Positions 38,670 through 51,699 of a DNA stretch of 64,000 nt are shown piece after piece. Below the pieces are notes generated by a model that did not search any database, had not been told where the DNA came from, and saw only the letters and a program-made list of their open reading frames with translations. The stretch is from Octopus sinensis. Its lineage: Eukaryota. Location: positions 76,136,001 through 76,200,000 of the forward strand of contig NC_042999.1 in NCBI RefSeq assembly GCF_006345805.1, written 5' to 3'. Numbering within the stretch: position 1 is the first letter of the stretch; every line of letters begins with the position of its first letter. The translations under genes and the position numbers were made by a program.

Positions 38670-39965
38670 ATGAAGAAAATGTTTCAGTGACTGCGGACCC
38701 CCCAACAAAGGATAAGTGAAATCCTCAATGCAATACAAAAGTGCTTTCACAACTCCACTGGGACACTTGCAACTACGCCTGACGAGTCCTTCGACACCAA
38801 ACCAAGGGGTGGCAACTATCGATTACAACGAAATAGAAGGAACTGATGTAATATCAGCCATTTGTTGAAAGGAGCTTAAACTCAGCCACTGACACTGTTG
38901 GATTCCAGGCACCACGCCACAAAAGAGGTAAAGGAGTCTTAGCAAAAGCTCAATAGATCTTCTTCCAAATCCTCCAAAGATTCCCTGCAAGTAGTTAGAC
39001 ACCCCAGAAAGTTAAAGGAAAGTATATTATGCTATATCCATAAAGGAAGAAGCAGAGCAGATTCTAAACATTATAGATACCCCGCTCTCTAACCTCATAT
39101 ACCAACAGTCATAGAAGGAATTGTCAGGAGGAATCTGACCATGTTCCTAGAAGACAGCGATTTGCTCCCTGACATATGACACCTAGCATGAGACACCTAG
39201 CATGACTCCGCTCAGGAACCATGCTAGGTGTCTTGTGCAGCTTCTGAGGCACTATCACCGGGTCTTGGAACAATTTATAATTCTCTCATATGTGATATAT
39301 CTTGATTTTGCAAAGTCGTTTGATAAAGTCGATCACGAGGCGAAATGTCACAAGCTACAAGGAGAGGAATTAGTTTGGAAACTAGGTGAATGTTCACATT
39401 ACTTCTTAAAACGCAGAAGCCATGCTGCGGTGGCCAAATGTACCCCCTCTAAGGAGACATTAATAGCAACTAGAGTGACCCATAGAACTGGACTGGGACC
39501 GGTTTTTAACTAACATGCTGACAGTTACAAATGGCGAATGGCTCGATGGCTTCTGAGAACTTCACGAGAAATTATGCTGGTCCTATGGAGGACATCTTTC
39601 TTTATCTGTCTGGACTACTGCGGTAAGCTTGGTCACCCAGTAGTCTCACATTAATTGCGGAATTCGAGGTAGTTTAGCTGTGCTACGCCAGGAAGATTGC
39701 ATATATGGAGCAATTCAGCTACTTGGAGAGACTGAAAGAAAACAATTACCACCGTACTCCCTGCAGAGAAGACCACAGAGATATGCAGTGATGTGTGTGT
39801 GTGTGTGTGTGTGGAAGATCCTTCAAGGGTAGTCACCAAAAATTGGTATCGAGAGTTCTACCAGCCCCCGGAACAGGATACCACTGCACTTTTCCAAAGG
39901 TACGCTGACATTATCTAGAGTAAGGACCAGGTACTGCAATAGTTTGCGATTGTAGGACCGATATA
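38670..39965 (+). mobile_element. Old, deleted copy of the CR1/L2-group LINE
   Basis: HKGRSRADSKHYR, YLDFAKSFDKVDH, and fragments matching YWERLK, GIES and RTRFCDSL of the 18.8-kb copy; many stops and frameshifts. Confidence 0.8.
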
Positions 39966-40123
39966 TTGGTGGAGGAATGAGTTCAAGAATCAACTTGACA
40001 TTTTATTGTCCAAGATCCATGTACGTGTGTCTATATGTACAGACATATGTAGAGAAATACATAAATACATACATTTATGGTCATTCATATATTCATAACT
40101 ACATGCTTACAGATAGACATACA

Positions 40124-40127
<4 letters not shown>

Positions 40128-40205
<78 letters not shown>
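40128..40205. repeat. (TC)n
   Basis: direct reading. Confidence 0.97.
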
Positions 40206-40208
<3 letters not shown>

Positions 40209-40996
40209 TTCTATATCATATCTCGCTCATATTCATTAATAAATTCATATATTCCAACAGTTTCACACTAAAACATGAATATAACCAGATCCATACCAGC
40301 CTTATCACCTTTTAGCGCATATTTTCTATACCTGTATTCGAAATTCGCTGATATTTAGTTAGATATGAAATTATTCAACATAATTGTTACTATTATTCTC
40401 GCAGCAAGAATTTGGTAACAAAATTATTATCTAGCCTCACACACACACACACAAACACAAACATAATACCCACCTACATACATGCATACATACATACATA
40501 CATACATACATAGTACATACATACGTACATACATATATAGTACATCCATCCAAACATGCATGAATATTTTGGTATATCTACAAACGCATACACTGCCACT
40601 TACATTCACACTCATCCACTTTCTCTATATTTGCAATTCTACTTAGGCACGTGTGTGTATATGTGTATATGTGTATATATATATATATATGTCTGTGTAT
40701 GTGTGTATATGTGTGTGTATGCGCGTGTATATATATATGAATACATATACCTTTTTTGATACGTATATAATTCTATCTCTATCTATCTGGCTCTCTCCCT
40801 CTCTCTCTCATTTTCTCTCTCTCTCTCTCTCTAGTTATCTATTAACAAAACTAGATATCTGTTGTTGATATTATTTTGTTGATGTTGACGATGATGATGA
40901 TGACGATGATGATGACGATGATGATGACGATGATGATAGTGTAGTAATCTATGTAGTTAGCTAACAATGTGTCTCAGTATATATATATACATATAT

Positions 40997-41050
<54 letters not shown>

Positions 41051-41661
41051 ATATGTACCTATGTATCTATATAATTATACACCACAATATATACGTATAT
41101 ATATATATGTATGTATATATATATATATATTTATCTGTATATCACATACATACTCATACACACACGCAAACACACACACATTATCTCTATCACAGCTTGT
41201 TGTCCTCTTTACTCTATATCGAACACAATATAATATGATTGCACTCCAGTGGCAAGTGTCATTATAAATCTGTCAGCGTAGCGAATGACTCAATAACATA
41301 ACTGATTAGAAATTCTCGACGAACCGTTGTAATTGCTTTATTTCATTTTGATCTATATTTTTGGCTTGTTTCGTTGCTAAAGCAGCAAAATCATCTGCGG
41401 CATGGAATCCATAACCCAAGGTAATCACAATAACGTTAGTAGAGCTACGCTTCCACTGTATGCTGAGTCATGGAATCGTCTCTATCTCTATAATCATTCC
41501 ATTTTCTTCCAGTTGTGAACAACTCATTGGTGAGAGAGAAAAACTTGCTATATATTAACGTTGTGACCTTGATGCCTCTTTCTGTGAGATTGACTAAGTT
41601 GCACGTGATAAGATTAAAGATGCAGTCTTGAATATGAGGAAAAGAGATCAGACAACAGATA

Positions 41662-41790
41662 TCTTCTCTTTCCTTTTACTTGTTTCAATCATTGGACACA
41701 TCATCATTCCGCACATTTTCCGTCCATCCAGTTCACTCACAAGGTACTGGTCGGCCGAGGCTAGAATAGAAGACAACTACTCTGCGGCTG
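41662..41790 (-). mobile_element. SINE family B, internally deleted
   Basis: cttttacttgtttcaatcatt...cactcacaaggtactggtcggccgaggctagaatagaagacaac. Confidence 0.7.
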
Positions 41791-42010
41791 CAAAACGAGA
41801 GTCTGAAGCCATACATACACTAATTAAAAAGTGAAATAGATGGAATAAAATTATGGGAGAGAGAATAACAAACTCTAGTAAAGAAGATCGTCACTACTCC
41901 ATAAGAAATGCAACTAAATCATGCTGCTCCAGCCAAGGTGGAAAATATTTTAATCATATCACTTCATCGGAAGTAGACGTGAATTTTACAGCGCTGCATT
42001 GCTTATATAA

Positions 42011-42225
42011 GGTTGCGAGTTGGCAGAATCATATCAACGCCGGATAAAATGCTTAGCGGCATTTAGTGCGACTTTACGTTCTCAATTCAAATACTGTCAG
42101 AGTCGAATTTGTCTTTTACCCTTTCTGGATTGATAAAATAAATATCAGTTGGGCACTAGGGTCAATGTAATCGACTTACCCTCTTCCCCGAAATTGCTGG
42201 CCTTGTGCTTCAATTCGAAATCGAT
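42011..42225 (+). mobile_element. SINE family A, full length
   Basis: gagttggcagaatc...aaaatgcttagcggcatt...caattcaaat...gataaaataaatatcagttgggcactagggtcaatgtaatcgac...ggccttgtgc. Confidence 0.9.
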
Positions 42226-42858
42226 ATTTTAGCTTATATATTTCTCTCTCTCTCTCTCTCTCTCTCCCTATCTCTCGCTTTCTTTCTCTGTATCTCCATT
42301 TCTCTCTATCTCTCTCGTTCTCTCTCCAGTAAATCTTTACACTCTCTATTTCAATTTCTCTCTCACCCCTCTTCCTATACTTACTGATGACTCATTCAAT
42401 TAATCTATATATCTAGTTATCAATCTATTTTTCTTTCAATATTACTTTCTTTCCTCCTTCCTTTCTCTCTCTCCCTCTCCCCTCTCTTTCTCTCTCTCTC
42501 TGCTTCTATCCTTTTCTCTCAGCCCCATTTATTCTATTTCAATATTGACTAATCTGCAGTGATATTTTAAAATGTTAGCTAAATACGATGAAAACGCATA
42601 TATTTAAAACTGAAGCACGTGCAAACAAAACACAATATCAAAAACTGAAACATCTGTGACTCTTTTACCAAAGACAGAAATAGATGATACATAAATGTAA
42701 AACTGCATGTTATTTAATCTTCTGGATGTAATCTTGATATAAGCTTACAGAATGGATTCATTTAGCTAAAACATTTAAACTGAGTTACTTTTCTACGAAG
42801 TGAAGGCATTTTTTTTTTCTCCTTTGATGCATTTGTGTGTTTAAAAGAAGTGACTCTA

Positions 42859-43010
42859 GTATGGCAGTGTGTTTAAGAAGTCTCGAAACAGAGTTCGATT
42901 CCACTATACAGCACTTTGGGCAATGTCTTCTGTCGTTTTGCTTTGAGGTGATCAATAATTTATGCGTAGAATTTGCTCGTCGGAAACACTGATACAGCTT
43001 GTGTATGTGA
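42859..43010 (+). mobile_element. SINE family B head, degenerate
   Basis: ggcagtgtgtttaagaagt...gagttcgattccac...ctttgggcaatgtcttct. Confidence 0.65.
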
Positions 43011-43089
43011 CGTGATGCGCGTGTGCATTGTTTTCTAATTTGACGTTTGAAAAATGACCAAAATGCTGAATGAAGCTTTTGTTCGGGCG

Positions 43090-43560
43090 GATTAAGAAAG
43101 CCTCATTACTGAGGTAATGCGGTCCACACCAGCGAAAATTGACTTGAAATTTGCTTCCCTCTTGATAGTTCTTCTTGAATTATGTCTATGAGTCGTGAGG
43201 GGAAAATAGAAGTAGAAGGAAATTGATATCTTTACCCAAAATTTAAGAGACAATAATAACTTTTGCATTCTTGACGACTTCTTCAAAGCCATAACACCGC
43301 TCCTGTTAAATTATAATCCTCCACCACACTTTTAAATTCCTTGAACGTTAGTTTCTTTGAATTTCCATATTTGTAATCCTAGCTGTGTCGCTGCACATGC
43401 TAACCACACCCTTACTGGTATAAATTCCACAGTTTACATGAAAGTTTGGTAACGATGCTCTTCACAATCCTTCAAGATTTCCCCAAACATTTTCTAAGCA
43501 CGGTTTCCAAACCAGCAGTTCTTAATTTTAATCCTTTCAATTAAACTTTAGTTTGAGGTG
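43090..43560 (-). mobile_element. Possible very old RTE-like LINE RT remnant
   Basis: purine-rich minus strand; weak resemblance of MALKK to WALRK and of FKSIFAGVD to FxVxVGVHQ. Confidence 0.25.
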
Positions 43561-45299
43561 CCATTCTCCATACTTGAGGATGTGTTACATAATTGTGCGG
43601 GGATTCCCCTCCTTTATTTTCTCTTTCCCCTTCATTTCCTCTTTCTTTTAGTTCTTCCACCTTAGATTTTAGGTATCTCCACCCTCAATCTTTGACACTT
43701 TATTTGTGAGGTTTATTTCTAAATTTCATTTCGCAGGTCTTTAATCTTTTAACCACTAATCGTTCACGCGGCGTCATTCATTTCCGACTAACTGATGTAT
43801 CGGTCCCAGATTTTATGCTTTTCTAAGATACATAATTGAACGCCCGATTGTTACTCACCTCCGTCCCTCAAATTAGTTATCGTTATTGTTCCTCCCTCTA
43901 CCCTTAAGTTACACTTCTAATTTGCCTTGCTGCTTTCCCTTTTCGTTTCATTTTACTCCTTCCTTAACTCAACCTAACATTCCGTCATCATCCACAGCCC
44001 AGTCGTTTCGTTATATGGTACTTTCTTTATACCTTGGAACAGTTTTGCTACAGCAGAGGTGGTAATACTTCACATCACTTGATTGTTCGATTCACACTTT
44101 AAACTTATATCCAAACTTATTATTTTGTAGGCCTAAAACCTATTGTAATTGCCTCCTGTAAATTTTTCATTTTCTTCATTTCTACCGAATACATAATTAT
44201 TCTCCATCTTTCGATACAGTATTCTTAATTAACGAGATTACTGATTAGCTAACGAATAACTTATTTCTAAGCTTTTGTTTACTTAATACATCATCATGCT
44301 AAAAGGTAATATTATTTTATTTATTAGTTAACTAGTCCCAACGAACTGCGAGAATTATGTTTCCCTTTATATTTCATTCTTTTATTTCTTTATTTTACAT
44401 TTATTGTATTTTCATTTATCTCCTTCTCCCACTCCTCAGCATACGGAGTCGAGGGATCCTGATGCATTTGTCTCCTATCGTCCATCAATCCACCTTAACA
44501 GACTCTAGTGGAATGAATATCAAGCAATCGTTCACATTTATTATCTGTATAGTTATCACCGTTAAAACCCTTTATGGCTTGCCTTAAAATTTTATTGCCA
44601 GTAACTTCTTCCTTCAACTACCCCACCCCTACACTCCAGCATATTGTTTTACCCTTACATGTACTTATTTTTTTTCCCATCCACATTATTAACGCTGCTA
44701 CTACCATCACCATAACATCATTATCATTACTGAAGTTGATATCATTACTATTGTTTGTTTCTTTATCACCTCATTAGTATTAGTACTATGTTTGATCATG
44801 CTTTTAGCGTTCCTCTAGGTTACTATAAATGAAATCGTACATTTCCCTCGTTGGCTAAATAAAAATGGTACATTATCATCATCATCTTATAATGACTTTG
44901 CTTGTCATTGGGTTACTTAGCCCGTTGGTAACACTTTAACGTGATTAGATAATAAGAGGGAGAGAGAAAAATAGGGAAGGAGAAAAAGAGGGAGAGATAA
45001 GTGTCGATAACGTGAAGTTATCAAATGATTAATTGAAGGGAAATAGAGGAGAAAGCAAAAGGAGAGAGAAAAAGTGGATAGGGCGAAGAGAGAGACAGAA
45101 AGAGGATGAAAGAAAAAGAGGGATACTACAGAGACAATAGTAACGAATACTGATATTGTGCTAAATTCTATATTTTAACTGATATGTGTGTGTGTGTGCC
45201 TGTGTGTATCTATGTGTGTGTGTATGAATGTATGTATGAATATATGTAGTTATGTGTATATGTACAGATACACATGTATATGCTTAAAAACATGTGAAG

Positions 45300-45618
45300 A
45301 TGTATGGCTCAGTGGTTAAAGCGTCGGGCTCACGATCATCAGATAGTGAGTTCAGTTCCCGGACCGGTCTGCATGTCATGTTCTTGAGCAAGAGACTTTA
45401 TTTCACTCATCTGTAGAAATGAATTGCGACGTCACAGGTGTGAGGCTGTATCCGCCTTTGTCTTTCCCTTGGATAACATCGGTGGCGTTGCATAGGGGAA
45501 TCTGGCATGCATGGGCGGCTGCTGGTCTTCCATAAACAACCTTGTCCAGATTTTTGCCTCGGACGGGAAATTTCTCGGTGTGATCCCAAGGTCATTCATG
45601 ACCGAAGGGGGTCTTTAC
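45300..45618 (+). mobile_element. tRNA-derived SINE (family D)
   Basis: A box TGGCTCAGTGGTTAAAGCG, B box-like GAGTTCAGTTCCC, CORE-like TCTTGAGCAAGAGACTT, unique body. Confidence 0.8.
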
Positions 45619-47334
45619 TCTTTATACATGTATAGAAACCCTCACACACACACACACACATTGATCGCTTCCTTTCGGAAGCGATAGGTGTGGCAGTCAA
45701 TGTAAGCTTTCGCGAGCCAACACAATTTCTATTTTCATTCTCCTTAAAAGTGCTTAGAAAATTCAAACTGAAACAAATATTCTAATTTTAATGGGCAAAG
45801 ACCTTAGAGCAAGATAAAAAGCGCTGGTGAACCAAATTCTGTAAATAAGTTTCTGTTTCAGGTTGAAAATTATTTTACTAATTTACGACACAAACTTACT
45901 TTAAAAAGGCATGAAGACAGTTTGTCCCTTCTAAAAAATGTTTATTTTTTGTTACAACTGCAAAGGAGTTTTTTTCTTTTCATTCTTGCCAACAGTAGCG
46001 CAGTGAGTTCACTTTTAGTTCTCAGTATCTGTTTTTGAACAAGGCAAGTTAACAAAAGATTAGCTGTGCTTTAGCTCCTGGTGCAACTATTTTTGCCACT
46101 GCCGTTACTAGAGTTGCTACTACTGATGCTTACAACGCTGAGCCGTTTCTACTCTTAAGTACCCATTTGAAGTTATATATACTGGTCTATTTAAGATGTA
46201 ACTGTCTTCTTTATCAAAGACACATGATATTCAGATTCTTGGGTGATGGGTCAGAATCATTGGAAAAATCGGAAAACCTGGATAAAATTGATATATACGA
46301 TATATTATTTCGGTTGAGTAACATAAATGACTGCTTCAGTATCTTTGAGAGATTCTACATTCAATTGAATCATTTCTTCTTGTGATTTAATTACCAGTTG
46401 GTTGCGTTACCGTAACATAATTCCAATGTATACATGTTATAAAGTTATGTTTAATTTGAATGCGATTTCAAAAATATCTCGACCGTTGTATGTGTAAGGA
46501 TAGACGGTGTAGCAGTAGAGCGACAAAATAATTGTAAATGATCATACGAATGATTGAATTTATAGAAAAGAAATTATTTTATAATCAAATATGTATAAAC
46601 GCACACAGACACACAAATACACACACATACACACACTCATACGACACACACATATGCGCATATATATATATGTTTCCATGAAAATATAAATAGATAATGT
46701 TTAAGAATAAGAAAAATCGACTATAAATTAAAGAATTTCTTAACAATTTCATTGAAACGAGAATATTAGAAAGAAATAATTTAGATATATTTAATTTATA
46801 TCCAACTCTTTCAATAGCGTAAAATAATACTGTTACACATGATAAGGTAAAAAAAAATCAGTAGTAGTAGTGTTAATCTATAAAATTATCATCGTCATAA
46901 TCATCACCATCATCATTCTCAACATCGCTAATAACAGCATCATCATCATCGCTACTTAAGAAATACGTCAATGTTTATTAATCCGATTCACTTGAATATA
47001 AAGCGGCAAATATTGTATTAGACACTGATGGAAGAGAAGTTTGCCGATGGATTCAATGAAACTTTTTAGATAACTTGGTCTACGTAGTATAACATTTTCA
47101 CAGGAGAATAACAAATGTCTTTAGAGATGCCACTTCAGCCTGAATTTATTTTATGAAACATTAAGTTTCTGCGATATATGTGTACGAAATGTGAAATTAT
47201 TGAAAACTGGAAACTTAACCTTTATTCATACATACATACATACATATGTATGCATGTATGTATATATACATACATACATACATACATACATACATACATA
47301 CATACATACATACATACACGTGTGTGCTATCCTT

Positions 47335-47517
47335 TCTCTTACTTTTTTCTATCCTTAGAGTGCGGCCGTGCTATGCGCCGCCTAGAAAGGTTTAATTTAA
47401 AAAATGGACCCCAGTACTTATTTTATAAGCCTGCCACTTATTCTGTCAGTCACTTTTGCCGAAACTCTAGATTACGAAGACATAAAAAGGAAGGGTCGGT
47501 TGTTATATGGTGGGAGT

Positions 47518-47520
<3 letters not shown>
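47335..47520 (-). mobile_element. SINE family B, 3' part, diverged
   Basis: tgcggccgtgctatgcgccgcc...cttattttataagcc..cttattctgtcagtcacttttgccgaa. Confidence 0.7.
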
Positions 47521-47559
<39 letters not shown>

Positions 47560-49257
47560 CACACAAACAAACACACAAGGGTACAAGAGAGTGGCGATAT
47601 AAATTCATTATAAAGGATTTTCATTTTAAAAAATATATTTTGTGTGCAATTAAATTTAAAAACGAAACTCTTGTGTACAAGCACAAAACTCTATACGCAT
47701 AAATGTGCATATGTACACAAATACATATGATTACATGTGTAAATTAAGCATAATGCTAATGTAATAAATTGTCTCTTCGTAGACAAAAAGAGAGCTAAGT
47801 GAACTGGTTTTGATCAGAGTATTGTGTATTAAGGACGCCACTATAACACATAAACAATTCAATGGTAAATATTTTTGCTTTCGATGCTACAATATAACAT
47901 GAAATAAGTCAATATGCTTTTAACAACCGTTGCGTGCGTAATTCAAGCATAGAACAGATGTAAATACTTGTCTTTATAAGAGGGAAGGTATTGATAGCTG
48001 TGAACAGGCGAAAAGCAGCCTGAACAGTTAAAAAGTACTTTGAGAATGATAGGTATAATGGATGTACTAAGTAAGATAAGGAGTTGAAAATGTAGATTTT
48101 GTGTGCATCATCTCTTGTGAGATGCTGACAACATAAGCTACTTGAAATTCCTTAGTAGCATGCGAAATCAAGATATATCTAGCAATGATTTACCCCTTTT
48201 ATTTATGGTGGTCTCCCCCTTTAGCTTGTAGAAAAACTGTGATGTATCCTGGCTTTAAAATGCAATCCTGGTTTAATAACAGATTACCATACCGCAATTG
48301 AGCTACATAACCTCTGCAGTGGTTTTTGAAACTTAACTGCAGGTCCTAATAATCATCTGAGAGCACACACACATAATGCAGATTATCGGAAGGGTGTAGA
48401 TTAACAGAGGCGGCTATCATTTGTTTAAAAAATCGATCATCATGTACGTACATATGGATGGATGGGTGGATGGATGCATGCATACTTGTTTGAATGCATG
48501 GATGTATATATGCATATATAAGTATGTATGTACGTAAATATTCGTGATTTCGGTAATTTAAAGATAATTGAGATATCAATTTAAAAAAAGAGTAATCAAG
48601 TGTGAGGTAGAAATACAATAATACTTGATTAGATTTCTTACGGTATTTTCTCCCACGTCTATCATTAAATATCATGAAATATTGCTTTTCTAAATGAGAT
48701 CGTACGTTGTTGAATATAATGAATCTCTTTCAGTCTAATTCCATCGACCACTATGGAATTAAATTTCGAGCCGCTGTATCATATGAGCTTCATCTGAGTT
48801 TATTACCCAGATTCCATTTTTGATTAGAAGAGAATTCACATCTTGTGCAATCTTAATGCTCCTGAAAAAGCCATGAAGGTCACACAACCTTCTTCATCCT
48901 GTGCAAACCCAAGGCTTTGAACCAACTTGGGAATAAATTATTTGAATACCAGATGTTTTTTATTTGTCTGGAATCATATCGAACCAAACTCGAAACTGTT
49001 GAATATTAAAATAGAAATTTTGCAATATGTCACGAAGGAAATATTTGCTCTTGTCCTTTGAACAAAAAAATTAATTAATAGATGAAATAGAGACGGAAAA
49101 AGAGAAAGAGGGAAAACCAAATTAACTCAGAGAGATTATGTGTTCAAATTTGCAAAACTTCTGCCAGCTTGAGTTTAGACCCTCCGAAATTCAATAAATA
49201 TCATGAAATAGAGAGGACTAATGTATTGAGAATGACTCATCTAAAAACACTTGCCTT

Positions 49258-49473
49258 AATATTCAGTCCAAATTTTGGCACAAGGTCTGCAATTTCGCGG
49301 GAGTAAGTAAGTCAGTTAGATTGACCCCCACAATTTAACTGGTACTTAATTTAACAACTCCAAAGGATGGAAGGCAAAATCGACTTCGGCGAAATTTGAA
49401 ATCAGAATGTAAAGACGGACGAAATGCCCTAAGCATTTTGCCTGGCGTGCTAACGATTCTGCCAATTCACCGC
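49258..49473 (-). mobile_element. SINE family A, full length
   Basis: reverse complement of the head and central domain. Confidence 0.9.
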
Positions 49474-49489
49474 TTTAACCTTGTCTTAA

Positions 49490-49656
49490 TATTTCGTCCG
49501 CCTGCACGCTCTGAGTTCAAATCCGCCGAGGTCGACTTTGCTTTTTATCATTTTAGGATCGATAACATAAGTGACTATTGAGTGCTAGGGTCGATGTAAT
49601 CGACTTAGCCCCTTTTCCGAAATTTCTAACCTTGTGCCAGAATTTGCAACCAATAT
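49490..49656 (+). mobile_element. SINE family A lacking the A box
   Basis: ctgagttcaaatccgccgaggtcgactttgc...gggtcgatgtaatcgac. Confidence 0.9.
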
Positions 49657-49672
49657 TAAAAAGGTTTAAATC

Positions 49673-49801
49673 AGTGAGCTGGCAGAATCGTTAGTACACC
49701 AAGCAAAATATTTAGCGGCATTTCATCTGTCTTTACATTCTGAGCTCAAGTTCGTTGAGGTCGACTTTGTCTTTCATCCCTTGGGATCGATAAAATAAGT
49801 A
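49673..49801 (+). mobile_element. SINE family A, 3'-truncated
   Basis: gagctggcagaatcgttag...gaggtcgactttgtctttcatccc...gataaaataagtac. Confidence 0.9.
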
Positions 49802-51529
49802 CAACCCTGAAACAACTGCCAAAACCAGGTTGAAATGAGAAGGTACTGATGTTCTTTCAAATAACGATGGCGGCATTATGTTAAGATCAGTAAAATGATT
49901 TTGTTTTTCTTTTACAGGTAACAGAAATACCTTTCACTCATGAACTTAGCGTCATTCATAACGTATTTTTTCTAAAATATTCTCGACCACATGGTGTTTG
50001 CTTATAAGATTACGCTTGATACAGATAATATATAAAACCCACCAATATCCATATCCACACTTCCATCGCTATGTGGGGTAATATCAGTGTACTTCTCATT
50101 TCACTTAGTTTTTGCAGTTATTTCAGGATGTTATTCGATGCTAAGGAAAACCTGATAGAACGTTACTTTTGGTTAATAGGCCTAATATTATATTTTTTTA
50201 CCTATACATTAGGTTCTACATTGTGCTTGCCAAAGGTTGTCAAGACTTTGGTCTTGTTTGAACTTACAGTTCGACCACAGAAATTGCACACTATTCTAAC
50301 TTGCGTATCTTCTCTAAGTACTATAAAACCAGCATCGTCTGTATGTATGCGCGCGCACACACATACACACACAAACACTCACAAATACACAAACGCACTC
50401 ACACCCATGCACGCATACATACACACACGCATACATACATACATACATACATACAAACATACATACATACATACATACATAAATTATGCCAACATAGCGA
50501 TTTAAATATAATTGAAAATACACCAGCATATATCTTATTTATTATATGTATGTATATATGCATATATGCGTGTATACATTTATGTATAAATGATAATCAT
50601 ACATTTAGTGTACAGAATAGAGAGAAAAATAATAAAGATAAAACTTATTTTTTTCTCTTCAGTGGATCAAACGAAGAAGAGGTTTTGACACTTTCCTCTT
50701 CGTTTATGTTAATAATGTTATCTAACTTTGGCCGAAAAGAGCAAATTGCTAGGACATACATATATTTAATTTAATTTAATTGACCATAGTACTTTACTGG
50801 TACTTATTTTACTGACCTTAGAAGGTTCAAATTATAGTCACATTTCGTGCTAGTTACAATCAAAGCGTGAATGAACATAAGTAAATATCAGAAGCCATTT
50901 TGTTAACTCGGTACTGAAATCTCCAACCATCTCTCTTCAATGACGTAAATAATGAATGAATTAACATTGACAGGCATCTTTTTTGACTTTGTATATATGT
51001 TTCCTGCAAAGTTACTTGCATAAAATTATAAATTTATAAGTGTTGTAAATCATTATGATAAAGTATTTCTCAGACACACATTCAACATTGGTTCTATATA
51101 AATACAAATATTTTTATATGATGCTGAACACTCTTATGTGACTAAGAACAGAAATTAATAGCTCTTATGTATTTCGTTTTATATGTTAAATATAAAGTGT
51201 GTTTCCGGTCTTGTTTGCTGGATAAATGTCCGCTGCATTTTATTTAATTTGAAAATCATATAAATATTGCAAGAAATATATTAATTATACACTTCGTTTG
51301 TGTACTCAAAATTGTGTACTTAAAATTCTACCCTGGATAAAGCAATCAATCACTCTATGTTTAATTCGCGCGATTTTGATCAAATAGTGTATCAGTCCAC
51401 TGAAAGAATATGAGATTTTTTTCGGGTGCATCCATTCGCGGGTGACTGGTCAAATACGGTCGATAAGATTCTTTCTAGTTAAATACAAGATAAGGCTTGA
51501 AAACAACCTTATATTTCCAATAGCAACAG

Positions 51530-51699
51530 TAATAAGCATTTTTGGGGGCACAAGAAAAGGGGTTTGTCGATTACACCGACCCTATTCTTTACGTAGTACT
51601 TTATCGACTTCAGATATATATGTGGCAAAGTTGACCTCGGTGGGATTAGAACTAAGGAAACGGAAGACTGGACACTCTAACGATTCTAGAAACTCACCA
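51530..51699 (-). mobile_element. SINE family A, diverged
   Basis: gtcgattacaccgaccc...ggcaaagttgacctcgg...ctaacgattct. Confidence 0.7.

Noticed and set aside
46053-46385. 111-codon open frame with APGATIFATAVTRVATTDA, loosely cadherin-like
   Set aside because: No DxD/LDRE calcium-binding motifs; the A/T-rich part looks like a decayed GCT/ACT repeat.
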